A stretch of DNA of 64,000 bases from Salinivirgaceae bacterium. Lineage in GTDB: Bacteria; Bacteroidota; Bacteroidia; Bacteroidales; SZUA-534. Location: the NCBI GenBank assembly GCA_017650325.1, contig JAGCFC010000229.1, positions 5,637 through 69,636 of the forward strand, given 5' to 3'. Made by a program: the position numbers and the translations under genes. Below the pieces are notes generated by a model, which had not been told where the DNA came from, did no database searches, and worked only from the letters and a program-made list of their open reading frames with translations. This document shows, one piece after another, positions 1 through 7,829 of the stretch (position 1 is the stretch's first letter; each line of letters starts with the position of its first letter).

Positions 1-417
1 CCAGAGCATTGTGTCGGTGCGATATGGCGGCAGATAATGGATTTTGCGCCCCTTTCCCATCAATTCCGACAGCAATTTGGCCAAACCAGCCATCGGCTCG
101 CTGTGAGCCACGCCGCACGTTGCGGCAAAATCGGCCACCGACGGCAGCGGACCAGTCCACACCACATCGTCAATGTCGGCATCGTCGCCAAAAAGCCACT
201 CATCGCCCGACTCAAAATCGACAACCGCCGCCAGATTCGGTTTGCGCAATCCGAAAAAATAAAGGAAAGTGCTGTCCTGACGGAAGTTATAAGTGTTGTC
301 GGCATAGTTCATCGGAGACTCCGAATTGCCTAAAAATAGTCCCAAGCCTTTACCCATAGCCGTTCTCAACTTTGCTCGGCGGGCAACGTATGTGCCCCTT
401 GCAAATATTTCCTTCAT
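1..417 (-). CDS. Xaa-Pro aminopeptidase (M24B / aminopeptidase P family), N-terminal 139 codons; gene continues beyond window start
   Basis: Edge-truncated, so absent from the ORF track. Manual minus-strand translation from ATG (rc of 415-417): MKEIFARGTYVARRAKLRTAMGKGLGLFLGNSESPMNYADNTYNFRQDSTFLYFFGLRKPN... The NxYxFRQDSxFxY pattern is the hallmark of the aminopeptidase P/creatinase N-terminal domain. The frame stays open to base 1. Confidence 0.6.
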   Translation of the reverse strand, partial: MKEIFARGTYVARRAKLRTAMGKGLGLFLGNSESPMNYADNTYNFRQDSTFLYFFGLRKPNLAAVVDFESGDEWLFGDDADIDDVVWTGPLPSVADFAATCGVAHSEPMAGLAKLLSELMGKGRKIHYLPPYRTDTMLW

Positions 418-463
418 AACCGTATCTAAGTTTTGTTTGGCACGAATGTAGCAAAATATTAAC

Positions 464-490
464 CACGGAAAGCACGAAAAACACGGAAAG
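464..490 (+). repeat. three tandem 9-mers CACGGAAAG-CACGAAAAA-CACGGAAAG followed by AATG
   Basis: Read directly from the sequence. Same 9-mer family as the arrays flanking the GxxExxY gene at 63542-64000. Confidence 0.8.
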
Positions 491-525
491 AATGCAACCT
501 CCCTGCCACTTTGCCAATAATAGCT

Positions 526-533
526 TACTTTTG
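526..533 (+). promoter_or_regulatory. candidate Bacteroidetes -7 promoter box TACTTTTG (TAnnTTTG)
   Basis: Perfect match to the TAnnTTTG consensus, 23 nt upstream of the ATG at 557. Confidence 0.45.
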
Positions 534-556
534 CGGCCGTTTTAAATAAAAACAGA

Positions 557-811
557 ATGGAACCAATAGAAATTGTAGGCTACGCAGCCGCAGTGCTCAC
601 AACAATATCGTTTGTGCCGCAAGCCGCCAAAATCATCAAGACAAAAGACACCCAAAGTATCTCACTCGGAATGTACGCTCTGTTCTCAATCGGAGTGTTG
701 GGCTGGCTCATCTACGGCATTGTAACACGCACATTGCCAGTAGTTTTAGCAAACGGCATAACACTTTGTTTCGCCAGCGTTATCCTTGCCTACAAAATCA
801 AATACAAATGA
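557..811 (+). CDS. SemiSWEET / PQ-loop family sugar transporter (84 aa, 3 TM)
   Basis: Three hydrophobic helices and a PQ motif (SFVPQAAKIIKTK). The size is typical of bacterial SemiSWEETs. Confidence 0.8.
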   Translation: MEPIEIVGYAAAVLTTISFVPQAAKIIKTKDTQSISLGMYALFSIGVLGWLIYGIVTRTLPVVLANGITLCFASVILAYKIKYK

Positions 812-1155
812 ATTACGCATTCGGCTCCTATTATTATATGGTATGCCGATGGACAATCAGCCCTACTGATAAAATCATTCCCGTCAGAGCCAATTATTCC
901 ATCGGAAGAGCATTGCCTAATGCCGCAAACGGCGGTTTCGGAGTCGCATCGACAGGGAAAAAACACTTTTGAGAACATTTTCACAACACAAAATCCGACT
1001 GAATGTCAATCAATAGCCGCACCTCAACGACACAATGTTTTCAATCGTGCTAAATATTTTTTCCACAAAACTTTTTTATTTGCAAAAATTACTACTTTTA
1101 CAAATACGGTCATCGCAAAAAAGATGGTGCTGTGAAGGATTAGAATGAATATTGT

Positions 1156-1998
1156 ATGGTCACAAACGAAGATGCAGCGAGGTTAATTACAGCCATCAAG
1201 ATGTCGTCAACTTACGATTTCACAGACTATTCTGACAAATCGTTTTGCCGAAGGATTGAGAAAATATTGTTAGACAACAATATGGACCTCAATCAACTTA
1301 TAATTAAGATAGGCAAAGACAAGGATTTTCTGGAGCAAATGGTTAAAGACATAACGGTCAACACCACTGAGCTCTTCCGCAATCCCGAAATGTGGCAAAC
1401 ACTTCGTTATCACATACTTCCGAAATTCAGAAAGAACCGCTCGATATTCATTTGGCACGCAGGATGCTCAAGCGGTCAGGAGATTTACTCCATGCTCATT
1501 CTGCTCAACGAGTTGGGGATGTTCGACCAGGCCAAAGTGTTCGCCACCGACATCAACACCGACATGCTCGAAGCCGCCAAAGCCGGACAATACAAATATC
1601 GGTTCAATCTGGGTTATCTCGACAACTTCGACAAGGTGATAAAAGAAAACCCATTCAACTTCGAAGACAAGGTTGAGGTCCCTTACGAGAAGTATTTCGA
1701 TATCGACAAGGTGAAAGACACCATCCAGATGAAGCCGTTCCTGCGCGAAAAGGCTGTTTTCCGCAAGCACGATTTGGTGAAAGACGGCAACGTCTTCTAC
1801 TCAAAGTTCGACCTGATTTTCTGCCGCAACGTGATTATCTACTTCAACAACAAGTTGCAGAGCCGCGTTATCGACATGTTCAACAGCAGTTTGAACCGCG
1901 ACGGATACCTGATACTCGGGTCGCACGAAAGCATTTTGGGAGCCTCGGCCAACAACTTCGAGCGCTCTAAAGGTTTTTACAAGAAAAAACAGATGTAG
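1156..1998 (+). CDS. cheR: CheR-type protein-glutamate O-methyltransferase (canonical motifs)
   Basis: Has the CheR N-terminal helical domain plus SAM-binding signatures IWHAGCSSGQEIYS, VFATDINTDMLEAAKAGQY and FDLIFCRNVIIYF. Confidence 0.9.
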   Translation: MVTNEDAARLITAIKMSSTYDFTDYSDKSFCRRIEKILLDNNMDLNQLIIKIGKDKDFLEQMVKDITVNTTELFRNPEMWQTLRYHILPKFRKNRSIFIWHAGCSSGQEIYSMLILLNELGMFDQAKVFATDINTDMLEAAKAGQYKYRFNLGYLDNFDKVIKENPFNFEDKVEVPYEKYFDIDKVKDTIQMKPFLREKAVFRKHDLVKDGNVFYSKFDLIFCRNVIIYFNNKLQSRVIDMFNSSLNRDGYLILGSHESILGASANNFERSKGFYKKKQM

Positions 1999-2000
1999 TT

Positions 2001-2831
2001 ATGGTTGATAATATAGGCATAGTAGATACTCGGAATATTATCAGTGCTGTAACTGACGCTTACGGCATCGATATGTCGGATTATACATTCACGATACTCA
2101 AACGGAGGCTGATTCATGCCATAAACACCTTTGGCAGCCACTCGGCCGACGATTTCGCCGACAAAATCCGCAAAAAAATCATTACCGCCGACGATTTCCT
2201 TTACACCGTCTCACTCGAAGTGACTGAGTTCTTCCGCGACCCGTCGCTGTGGCGCGAGTTGCGCGACAAGTATATTCCGGAAATCTGCCGCACCACCGAC
2301 AGCCGTATCTGGATGCCATGCGTGACATCGGGCGACGAGCTGTTCTCGCTGGCAATCGTGCTGAACGAGGCCGGGCTGCAGGGCAAGACAAAAATCGATG
2401 CTCTTTGCCCGTCGCAAAAGCATATAGATCTTATCAAGAAAGGCGGCAACTACGACCAGAAGAAAATTGAGGTGAGCGAAGCCAACTATACACGGTACGT
2501 GGGCAAGACACAATTTGCATCGTACTACACACTCACCGACAACCGGGCCGAAATGAAACCGACATTGCTCAACGATGTGTCGATTGATGTGAACAGCGAT
2601 ATTCTGAACACCAGTATTGCCAAGAAATACAAAATGGTGGTTTACCGCAACAAACTGCTGCAATTCAACATTCCACTGTACGACAAGGTTATACGCAAAT
2701 TGATCGACAGCCTTGAAATTGGCGGCTATCTGGTGATTGGCAACATGGAAACACTTGAATATTCAGAGGCAAGCAAGAAATTGCAGATTGTGAACGCGAA
2801 CGAAAAAATTTACAAAAAAAGGGTTGACTGA
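2001..2831 (+). CDS. CheR-like paralogue with degenerate SAM-binding motifs
   Basis: Same length and N-terminal domain layout as the upstream CheR (EFFRDPSLWRELRDKYIP). The motif positions read IWMPCVTSGDELFS, IDALCPS and YKMVVYRNKLLQF. Starts 2 nt after the cheR stop. Confidence 0.75.
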   Translation: MVDNIGIVDTRNIISAVTDAYGIDMSDYTFTILKRRLIHAINTFGSHSADDFADKIRKKIITADDFLYTVSLEVTEFFRDPSLWRELRDKYIPEICRTTDSRIWMPCVTSGDELFSLAIVLNEAGLQGKTKIDALCPSQKHIDLIKKGGNYDQKKIEVSEANYTRYVGKTQFASYYTLTDNRAEMKPTLLNDVSIDVNSDILNTSIAKKYKMVVYRNKLLQFNIPLYDKVIRKLIDSLEIGGYLVIGNMETLEYSEASKKLQIVNANEKIYKKRVD

Positions 2832-3394
2832 TGAATGATTACAAAGCTATAATGATTGGAGGTTCGGCAGGTAGTTTTCAAGTAGTTACCCGAATAATTG
2901 CCGCATTGCCGGCAAACTATCCGCTGCCGATTCTGATGTGCCTGCACCGCTTGAAACACATCCGTTCGGGATTCGTAGAGGCACTTTCGATAAAATCGAA
3001 ACTGCCGATAATAGAACCTCACGACAAAGAGCCGCTCAAAGCCGGACGTATCTATCTTGCACCGGCCAATTACCACATGTACATTGAGTTAGGCAACCGA
3101 TTCTCACTCTCAACCGAAGACGTGGTCAACCATTCACGCCCGTCAATCGACTTGTCGTTCTTCTCGGCATCGTACAATTTCAAGAAGAAACTTGTGGGCA
3201 TCATATTGAGCGGTGCGAACAAAGACGGTGCCCTTGGTCTGAAAAGCGTGACCGACAACGGCGGTCTGACAATCGTTCAGGACCCCAAAGAATGCCAGGT
3301 ACCGACAATGACACAGGCGTCACTGAACGCAACAAAAGTAGATTATGTGTTCAGCACGAAACAGATTATTGATTTTTTACTTAAATTAGCCTGA
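2831..3394 (+). CDS. cheB: CheB-type protein-glutamate methylesterase, catalytic domain only (no receiver domain)
   Basis: 187 aa. Candidate Ser/His/Asp contexts are IMIGGSAGS, MCLHRLKH and SGANKDGALGL. The ATG overlaps the previous stop (TGATG at 2829-2833). Confidence 0.85.
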   Translation: MNDYKAIMIGGSAGSFQVVTRIIAALPANYPLPILMCLHRLKHIRSGFVEALSIKSKLPIIEPHDKEPLKAGRIYLAPANYHMYIELGNRFSLSTEDVVNHSRPSIDLSFFSASYNFKKKLVGIILSGANKDGALGLKSVTDNGGLTIVQDPKECQVPTMTQASLNATKVDYVFSTKQIIDFLLKLA

Positions 3395-3397
3395 TTT

Positions 3398-4153
3398 ATG
3401 GACGAACTTCTAAGATATCGGCAAAAAATAACAGGATGGACGATTCTCCTAATTGTCATCAGCATCGCCGCCATAATTATTATGCTAGCGGCCGCCCCGA
3501 ATTTTGGCAAAAACAGCTACGCCCTCATTCTCTTAGTGATTATTGTGGCGCAAATATTAATTGCTTCTAAAATCGGACTGATGGGGTCTAAAATCACATC
3601 AATCTATATGAAATCGGAAGAAGAGCGCGCCGCAGCCAGCCAAATCAACGATGACCAATACGAAAAGGAAGTCGACCAGAAGATGAAAGAAGCTACCGAT
3701 TCAGGGTTCGATCTGAAAGCCCTGCTCGACAAAACAGGCAAAAACGACGATTGGAAAAGTTTCGGCGATGCATTGCTTTATGCTTTTTCGAAACAAATGG
3801 ACGTTGCTGTCGGAATTGTTTTCAAATGCGATGACGACGAATTTAACGCAGCCGCCACATTCGCCTATTATAATAATGAATCGCCCCGGTCATTCAAACT
3901 GGGTGAAGGGCTCTCCGGACAAGTGGCAAAAGACCAAAAACCAATGTTTTTGAACGATTTACCGAGCAAAAGTTTGATGATTGTCTCGGGTCTTGGGCAA
4001 ATAGAAGTAAACAATTTGGCAATTATTCCAATTTTAAAGGACAACAATGCTGTTGGATTAATAGAAATTGCTACCTTTAAACCCTTTGAAAATGGATTTG
4101 TAAACAAAATAGACGAGATTTCTAATGCAATAGGCGGAATTGCCCCGCTATAA
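3398..4153 (+). CDS. membrane-anchored (2 TM) GAF-domain protein
   Basis: Two N-terminal TM helices (WTILLIVISIAAIIIMLAAA; YALILLVIIVAQILIASKIGLMG). The C-terminal GAF-like region (GEGLSGQVAKDQKPMFLNDLP...AVGLIEIATF) is paralogous to the GAF of the next gene. Confidence 0.7.
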   Translation: MDELLRYRQKITGWTILLIVISIAAIIIMLAAAPNFGKNSYALILLVIIVAQILIASKIGLMGSKITSIYMKSEEERAAASQINDDQYEKEVDQKMKEATDSGFDLKALLDKTGKNDDWKSFGDALLYAFSKQMDVAVGIVFKCDDDEFNAAATFAYYNNESPRSFKLGEGLSGQVAKDQKPMFLNDLPSKSLMIVSGLGQIEVNNLAIIPILKDNNAVGLIEIATFKPFENGFVNKIDEISNAIGGIAPL

Positions 4154-4166
4154 AGAGTGAAGCACA

Positions 4167-6794
4167 ATGGAAACGTTTATCGACAAAATAAAACGGATAT
4201 TTATATATAAGGTGAACAACAGGATAAACTTCACCCCCACCTTGGTTGGTTTGGGCGTGGTGATATTAATTCTGTCGTGGATTTTAGGGTTCATCAAATG
4301 CGACTACGCAGTATCGCTTGACAGCCTTGTACAATTACACAAGACATCACCTGTATACTTCATCATCGATCTTCTGCCTATAGTTTTAGGAATATTGGGG
4401 TATGCATTCACCAAATCGCAGCAAGAAACAATCGATTCACTTGAAACTCAGATTTCGGAAAAAGACCACGTCATCAACATGAACGCCCTCTTTGCCAAGA
4501 AGATTGGTGAAGGCGATCTTGCCGCAAACGACGCCGAAATTGACGACAACGACATCTTAGGCCACTCGCTGAAAAAAATGCGGGAGAACCTTGCTCTGAC
4601 TAACGAAAAAGAGAAAGAACAGAACTGGATTGCTAAAGGAAAAGATATGGTTTCCGACATCCTGCGTTTGCAAAACGACCTCGACAATCTGTCGTATCTC
4701 ACTTTGGTTGAACTCATTAAGTACATCGATGTCATTCAGGGTGCATTCTACATCTACAACGAAGAAGACCAAACACTTGAGAACAAAGCCACTTACGCCT
4801 ACAACCGCAGGAAATATCTCGACACAAAATTCCAAATTGGCGAAGGCCTTGTAGGACAGTGCGCCTATGAGATGGACGTCATCTACCGCCGCGAGATTCC
4901 AGATGAGTTTGTAACCATAACAAGCGGCATTTTGGGCGACAAAAAGCCAAATTCGCTGCTGTTGGTTCCCCTCATCACCGATGAGAAGCTACAAGGTGTG
5001 CTTGAATTTGCATCGCTGAAAGACGATATAAGCGAACTGAAAATCAGATTCTTGAAAGAGTTGAGCGACATTATTGCCCGCACAATCTTCAACCTTAAAG
5101 TAAACACCCGGACAGAAAAACTGCTGAAAGACGCGCAGGAAATGACCGAGGAACTTCAGGAGAACGAAGAAGAGTTGCGCCAGAATGCCGAGGAGATGCG
5201 CGCCACACACGAGGAGCTGGAAAAAACCAACTCGAATCTGCAAACGCAAATCCGCGCTGTCGAAAACGCTCAGAAGCGCCAGCATGCGTTGCTTGAAAAT
5301 GCATCCGAGATTATCTCGATTTATGACGAAGACTTGAAACTTAAATACATAAGTCCGTCAGTAACAAACATCTACGGATACACCATACAAGAAATGATTG
5401 ACGGAAAAGACATCGACCGTCTGACCGCCAAAGGAGTGAAAGAATTCACCGAGACGTTAGCCGAAGTTGTAAAAGATGCCAGTTCAACTGCCACCATCCA
5501 ATACACTTACATGCGTAAAGACGGACAGAAGATTTACATTGAATCGACATGCCGCAACTTGCTCGACGACCCCGCCATCAACGGACTTATTATAAACTCC
5601 CGCGATATCACCGAACGCAAACGCGCCGAGAAAGAGGAGCGTATGAAGAGTAAGATGCAATCGCTATCGGAAAACTCACTCGACTTGATTCTGCGAATCG
5701 GTACCAACGGACAGTTCTTCTACGCCAATCCTATGGTAAAAACATTCACCGGGATTGAAATTTCCGATATCATAAACAAGAATCTCGATGATGTTCAATT
5801 TGAACCGACCATCAAAGAATTCTTCAGCGATGCCGTAAAGACCGTACGAAGCACAAACAACAAACACGAGGCCGAAGTAACCTTCCCGACAAACTTTGGC
5901 GACCGCATTATGCAGGTAAACGCCATCCCTGAGTTCAGCGATGACAACAAAGAGTTGGAGACCATTTTGTTTGTGGCCCACGATATTACCGAGCAGAAGT
6001 TGGTTGAGATTGAAATTCAGGAGAAAAATAAGGCCATCACCGAGAGTATCAACTACGCAAAACGCATTCAAACTGCCATATTGCCGAACACCAAGTTCAT
6101 ACAAGAGTTCCTGCCGAAGTCATTCATCTTCTACCGTCCGAAAGACGTGGTCAGCGGTGACTTCCCATGGTTCTTCAAGAAAGGCGATGACTTGTTTATT
6201 GCAGTTGTCGACTGCACCGGACACGGTGTTCCTGGAGCTTTGCTGTCGTTCATTGGCTACTTCACTCTGAACAATGTGGTTGACCACTACGACAACATTG
6301 ACGCAGGTGTAATTCTCGACAAACTGCATGAAGGCGTCCGCACCACTCTGAAACAAGACCGAATCGACACCGAAGCTCGCGATGGTATGGATGTTGCACT
6401 CTGCAAAATAAACTTGAAGAAAAATATTTTGGAATTCGCAGGTGCCCACAGACCACTTTACTTGCTGAGAGGCAATGAGTTGACCCAATACAAGGGCAGT
6501 CATAAGGCTATTGGTGGCATACCATTAGGTAAAAAACCTGAAGCGGATTTTGAAAATCATTTAATAAATTTGGAGCCCAAAGACAGAGTGTTCTTCTTCT
6601 CCGATGGTTTACCCGACCAAGTGAGCGGCGAGACAGGACGGAAATATCAGGCAAGCCGTATTCGCGATTTGCTTGTGGAACACTATGATGTTGAAATTTA
6701 CGACTATGAAAAAATCATATACGATGATTTCATAGCCTACAAAGGCGACTATAAACAAGTCGATGATATATTGTTAATAGGAATTGAATTTTAA
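4167..6794 (+). CDS. SiaA-like sensor phosphatase: 2TM - GAF - Glu-rich coiled coil - PAS - PAS - PP2C/SpoIIE domain
   Basis: GAF (GEGLVGQCAYEMDVIYRREIP), coiled coil (EELQENEEELRQNAEEMRATHEELEKTNSNLQ), two PAS-like blocks and a SpoIIE signature (AKRIQTAILP...VSGDFPWFF...AVVDCTGHGVPGALLS...DGLPDQ). Confidence 0.85.
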   Translation: METFIDKIKRIFIYKVNNRINFTPTLVGLGVVILILSWILGFIKCDYAVSLDSLVQLHKTSPVYFIIDLLPIVLGILGYAFTKSQQETIDSLETQISEKDHVINMNALFAKKIGEGDLAANDAEIDDNDILGHSLKKMRENLALTNEKEKEQNWIAKGKDMVSDILRLQNDLDNLSYLTLVELIKYIDVIQGAFYIYNEEDQTLENKATYAYNRRKYLDTKFQIGEGLVGQCAYEMDVIYRREIPDEFVTITSGILGDKKPNSLLLVPLITDEKLQGVLEFASLKDDISELKIRFLKELSDIIARTIFNLKVNTRTEKLLKDAQEMTEELQENEEELRQNAEEMRATHEELEKTNSNLQTQIRAVENAQKRQHALLENASEIISIYDEDLKLKYISPSVTNIYGYTIQEMIDGKDIDRLTAKGVKEFTETLAEVVKDASSTATIQYTYMRKDGQKIYIESTCRNLLDDPAINGLIINSRDITERKRAEKEERMKSKMQSLSENSLDLILRIGTNGQFFYANPMVKTFTGIEISDIINKNLDDVQFEPTIKEFFSDAVKTVRSTNNKHEAEVTFPTNFGDRIMQVNAIPEFSDDNKELETILFVAHDITEQKLVEIEIQEKNKAITESINYAKRIQTAILPNTKFIQEFLPKSFIFYRPKDVVSGDFPWFFKKGDDLFIAVVDCTGHGVPGALLSFIGYFTLNNVVDHYDNIDAGVILDKLHEGVRTTLKQDRIDTEARDGMDVALCKINLKKNILEFAGAHRPLYLLRGNELTQYKGSHKAIGGIPLGKKPEADFENHLINLEPKDRVFFFSDGLPDQVSGETGRKYQASRIRDLLVEHYDVEIYDYEKIIYDDFIAYKGDYKQVDDILLIGIEF

Positions 6795-6811
6795 ATTAAA
6801 ACGACATAGCT

Positions 6812-7390
6812 ATGGATGGGAACAAAGACTTTCTAGAATTTGTCTATAGTTTTAACGAGTCGATGGAAAGCAAGGACGTTAAACTTGTTTACAAGGGAGA
6901 AATAACTCACCAAGTAACAAAAGCCTTTACATCGATAACCGAGACCAACATGATGGTTGCGGAAGAATCGAACTCCGTTCAGAAGAAGGTGTTCCATGTG
7001 ATTGTGGAATTTCTTCAGAACATAAGCAAACATGCCGACTACATGACCAACGAAGAAAGTCACGAAGAAGGCAGCGGAGTGTTCTTGCTTTGCAAAGACG
7101 ACGACAACTACGTCATTACAACTGGTAACGTGCTTCTCAAAGAAAAAGAGAATGCCATAGCCAACGTTCTTGACAAGATAAACTCGCTTGACAAAGAGGG
7201 ACTGAAAGCGCTGTACAAACAACAAATAAAAGAAGGTCGACTGTCAGAAAAAGGCGGTGCCGGCCTTGGTTTCATCGATATAGCAAAGAAGACTGGTAAT
7301 TCATTGGATTACAAATTTGTTCCCATCAACAATGAATTCTCATTCTTCATTATATCGTCGACCATTTCGAGAACTCAAAATTTTGATTAA
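6812..7390 (+). CDS. SiaB-family (HATPase-like) protein kinase
   Basis: 192 aa. The ATP-lid-like motif EKGGAGLGFIDIAKKTG and the overall pattern match what I recall of SiaB-family kinases. The position between a PP2C gene and a DUF1987 gene also fits. Confidence 0.75.
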   Translation: MDGNKDFLEFVYSFNESMESKDVKLVYKGEITHQVTKAFTSITETNMMVAEESNSVQKKVFHVIVEFLQNISKHADYMTNEESHEEGSGVFLLCKDDDNYVITTGNVLLKEKENAIANVLDKINSLDKEGLKALYKQQIKEGRLSEKGGAGLGFIDIAKKTGNSLDYKFVPINNEFSFFIISSTISRTQNFD

Positions 7391-7410
7391 CATATAATTA
7401 ATTTATTACT

Positions 7411-7794
7411 ATGGAAGTTATAAAGATTGTTGGAACGGATGATACTCCCAGTGTAACTCTTGATGTTGCAAACGAAATATTCGAAATATCAGGTAGGTCG
7501 TTGCCAGAAGATGTTGCTGTATTCTATGAGCCAATTCTCGACTGGATTGACCGCTATTCAGAAGAAGCATCCGGTAAAACCATTTTCAATTTCAAGTTGG
7601 TGTACTTCAACACAGCATCATCGAAAATGATTCTGGACATACTTCTGAAGTTGGAAGAGATGCACGAAGCAGGCAAAGACGTGCTTGTAAGATGGCATTA
7701 TCCTGAAGATGACGAAGATATGGAAGAGGCTGGCGAAGAGTACGCTGACATTGTTGATGTGCCTTTCGAGCAAATCAGCTATTCACTTGACTAA
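7411..7794 (+). CDS. DUF1987 / SiaC-family regulatory phosphoprotein
   Basis: 127 aa with GTDDTPSV..ISGRSLPEDVAVFYEPILDWI...YFNTASSK...WHYPEDDEDMEEAGEEY, the typical DUF1987 pattern. Thr68 lies in the YFNT motif (codon 7612-7614). Confidence 0.85.
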   Translation: MEVIKIVGTDDTPSVTLDVANEIFEISGRSLPEDVAVFYEPILDWIDRYSEEASGKTIFNFKLVYFNTASSKMILDILLKLEEMHEAGKDVLVRWHYPEDDEDMEEAGEEYADIVDVPFEQISYSLD

Positions 7795-7829
7795 CAAACA
7801 AGAGAACAGTTAAAACAAACAACTTTTAG

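Noticed and set aside
9-359. Three mutually overlapping small ORFs in the track (9-359 +, 37-333 +, 60-305 -).
   Set aside because: The same DNA reads on the minus strand as an uninterrupted aminopeptidase P N-terminal domain starting at ATG 417 and running off the window edge. The listed ORFs are shadow frames with Arg/Pro/Cys-rich nonsense composition.
494-520. A fourth copy of the CTGCAACC promoter-like motif (ATGCAACCTCCCTGCCACTTTGCC) upstream of the SemiSWEET gene.
   Set aside because: Only the GCAACC core matches. The T-tract and the CATCA element at the fixed spacing are missing, and a normal TAnnTTTG box (526-533) already serves this gene.
1156-3394. Reading cheR-cheR-cheB as part of a chemotaxis or motility operon.
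   Set aside because: No CheA, CheW, CheY, MCP, flagellar or pilus gene is visible in 64 kb. The genes are translationally coupled to GAF/PP2C/SiaB/SiaC genes instead, and CheB lacks its receiver domain.
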